Below are positions 34,083 through 34,103 of a stretch of 34,103 bases of DNA, piece after piece. The first letter of the stretch is position 1. Every line of letters begins with the position of its first letter. The position numbers were made by a program, and so were the translations under genes. The stretch spans positions 1 through 34,103 of the forward strand of contig JYFJ02004184.1 in assembly GCA_000934665.2 (NCBI GenBank), read 5' to 3'. The notes below the pieces were generated by a model that ran no database searches, had not been told where the DNA came from, and saw only the letters and a list, made by a program, of their open reading frames with translations. The stretch is from Catajapyx aquilonaris (taxonomy: Eukaryota).

Positions 34083-34103
34083 CAGTGGCGGATCTATTGG
34101 GGG
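34083..34103. mobile_element. Left end of another hAT-like element
   Basis: cagtggcggatct followed by a G-run, same type as the 9897 terminus; cut by the window edge. Confidence 0.45.

Overview
Eukaryotic genomic DNA (invertebrate, probably arthropod; inferred from the TE repertoire), mostly nested transposable elements. No prokaryotic features, CRISPR array, rRNA or true tRNA were seen. Main contents: (1) three frame-compatible + strand exons (19129-19163, 19386-19706, 23682-24070) of an unrecognised host gene for a basic, low-complexity protein with an AT-hook-like RRGRP motif and NLS-like motifs; (2) a young, 5'-truncated RTE-X-like LINE with an open RT frame and a 14-bp TSD; (3) two tRNA-derived SINE families (5 copies), one sharing its 3' stem-loop with the LINE; (4) two non-autonomous Transib-type (RAG-related) elements with 5-bp TSDs, one with perfect CACAGTG heptamer ends; (5) a fold-back mariner built from two 3' halves, plus a deleted mariner; (6) an intron-containing hATm transposase pseudogene; (7) many pogo/Tigger-, Tc1-, PIF/Harbinger-, Kolobok-, piggyBac- and hAT-like MITEs or remnants. 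I cannot support a claim of a wholly new biological system. The best leads are the SINE-LINE 3'-end partnership, the RSS-ended Transib derivatives, the fold-back mariner and the unidentified host gene. Coordinates were counted by eye, and family assignments rest on remembered motifs, not database searches.
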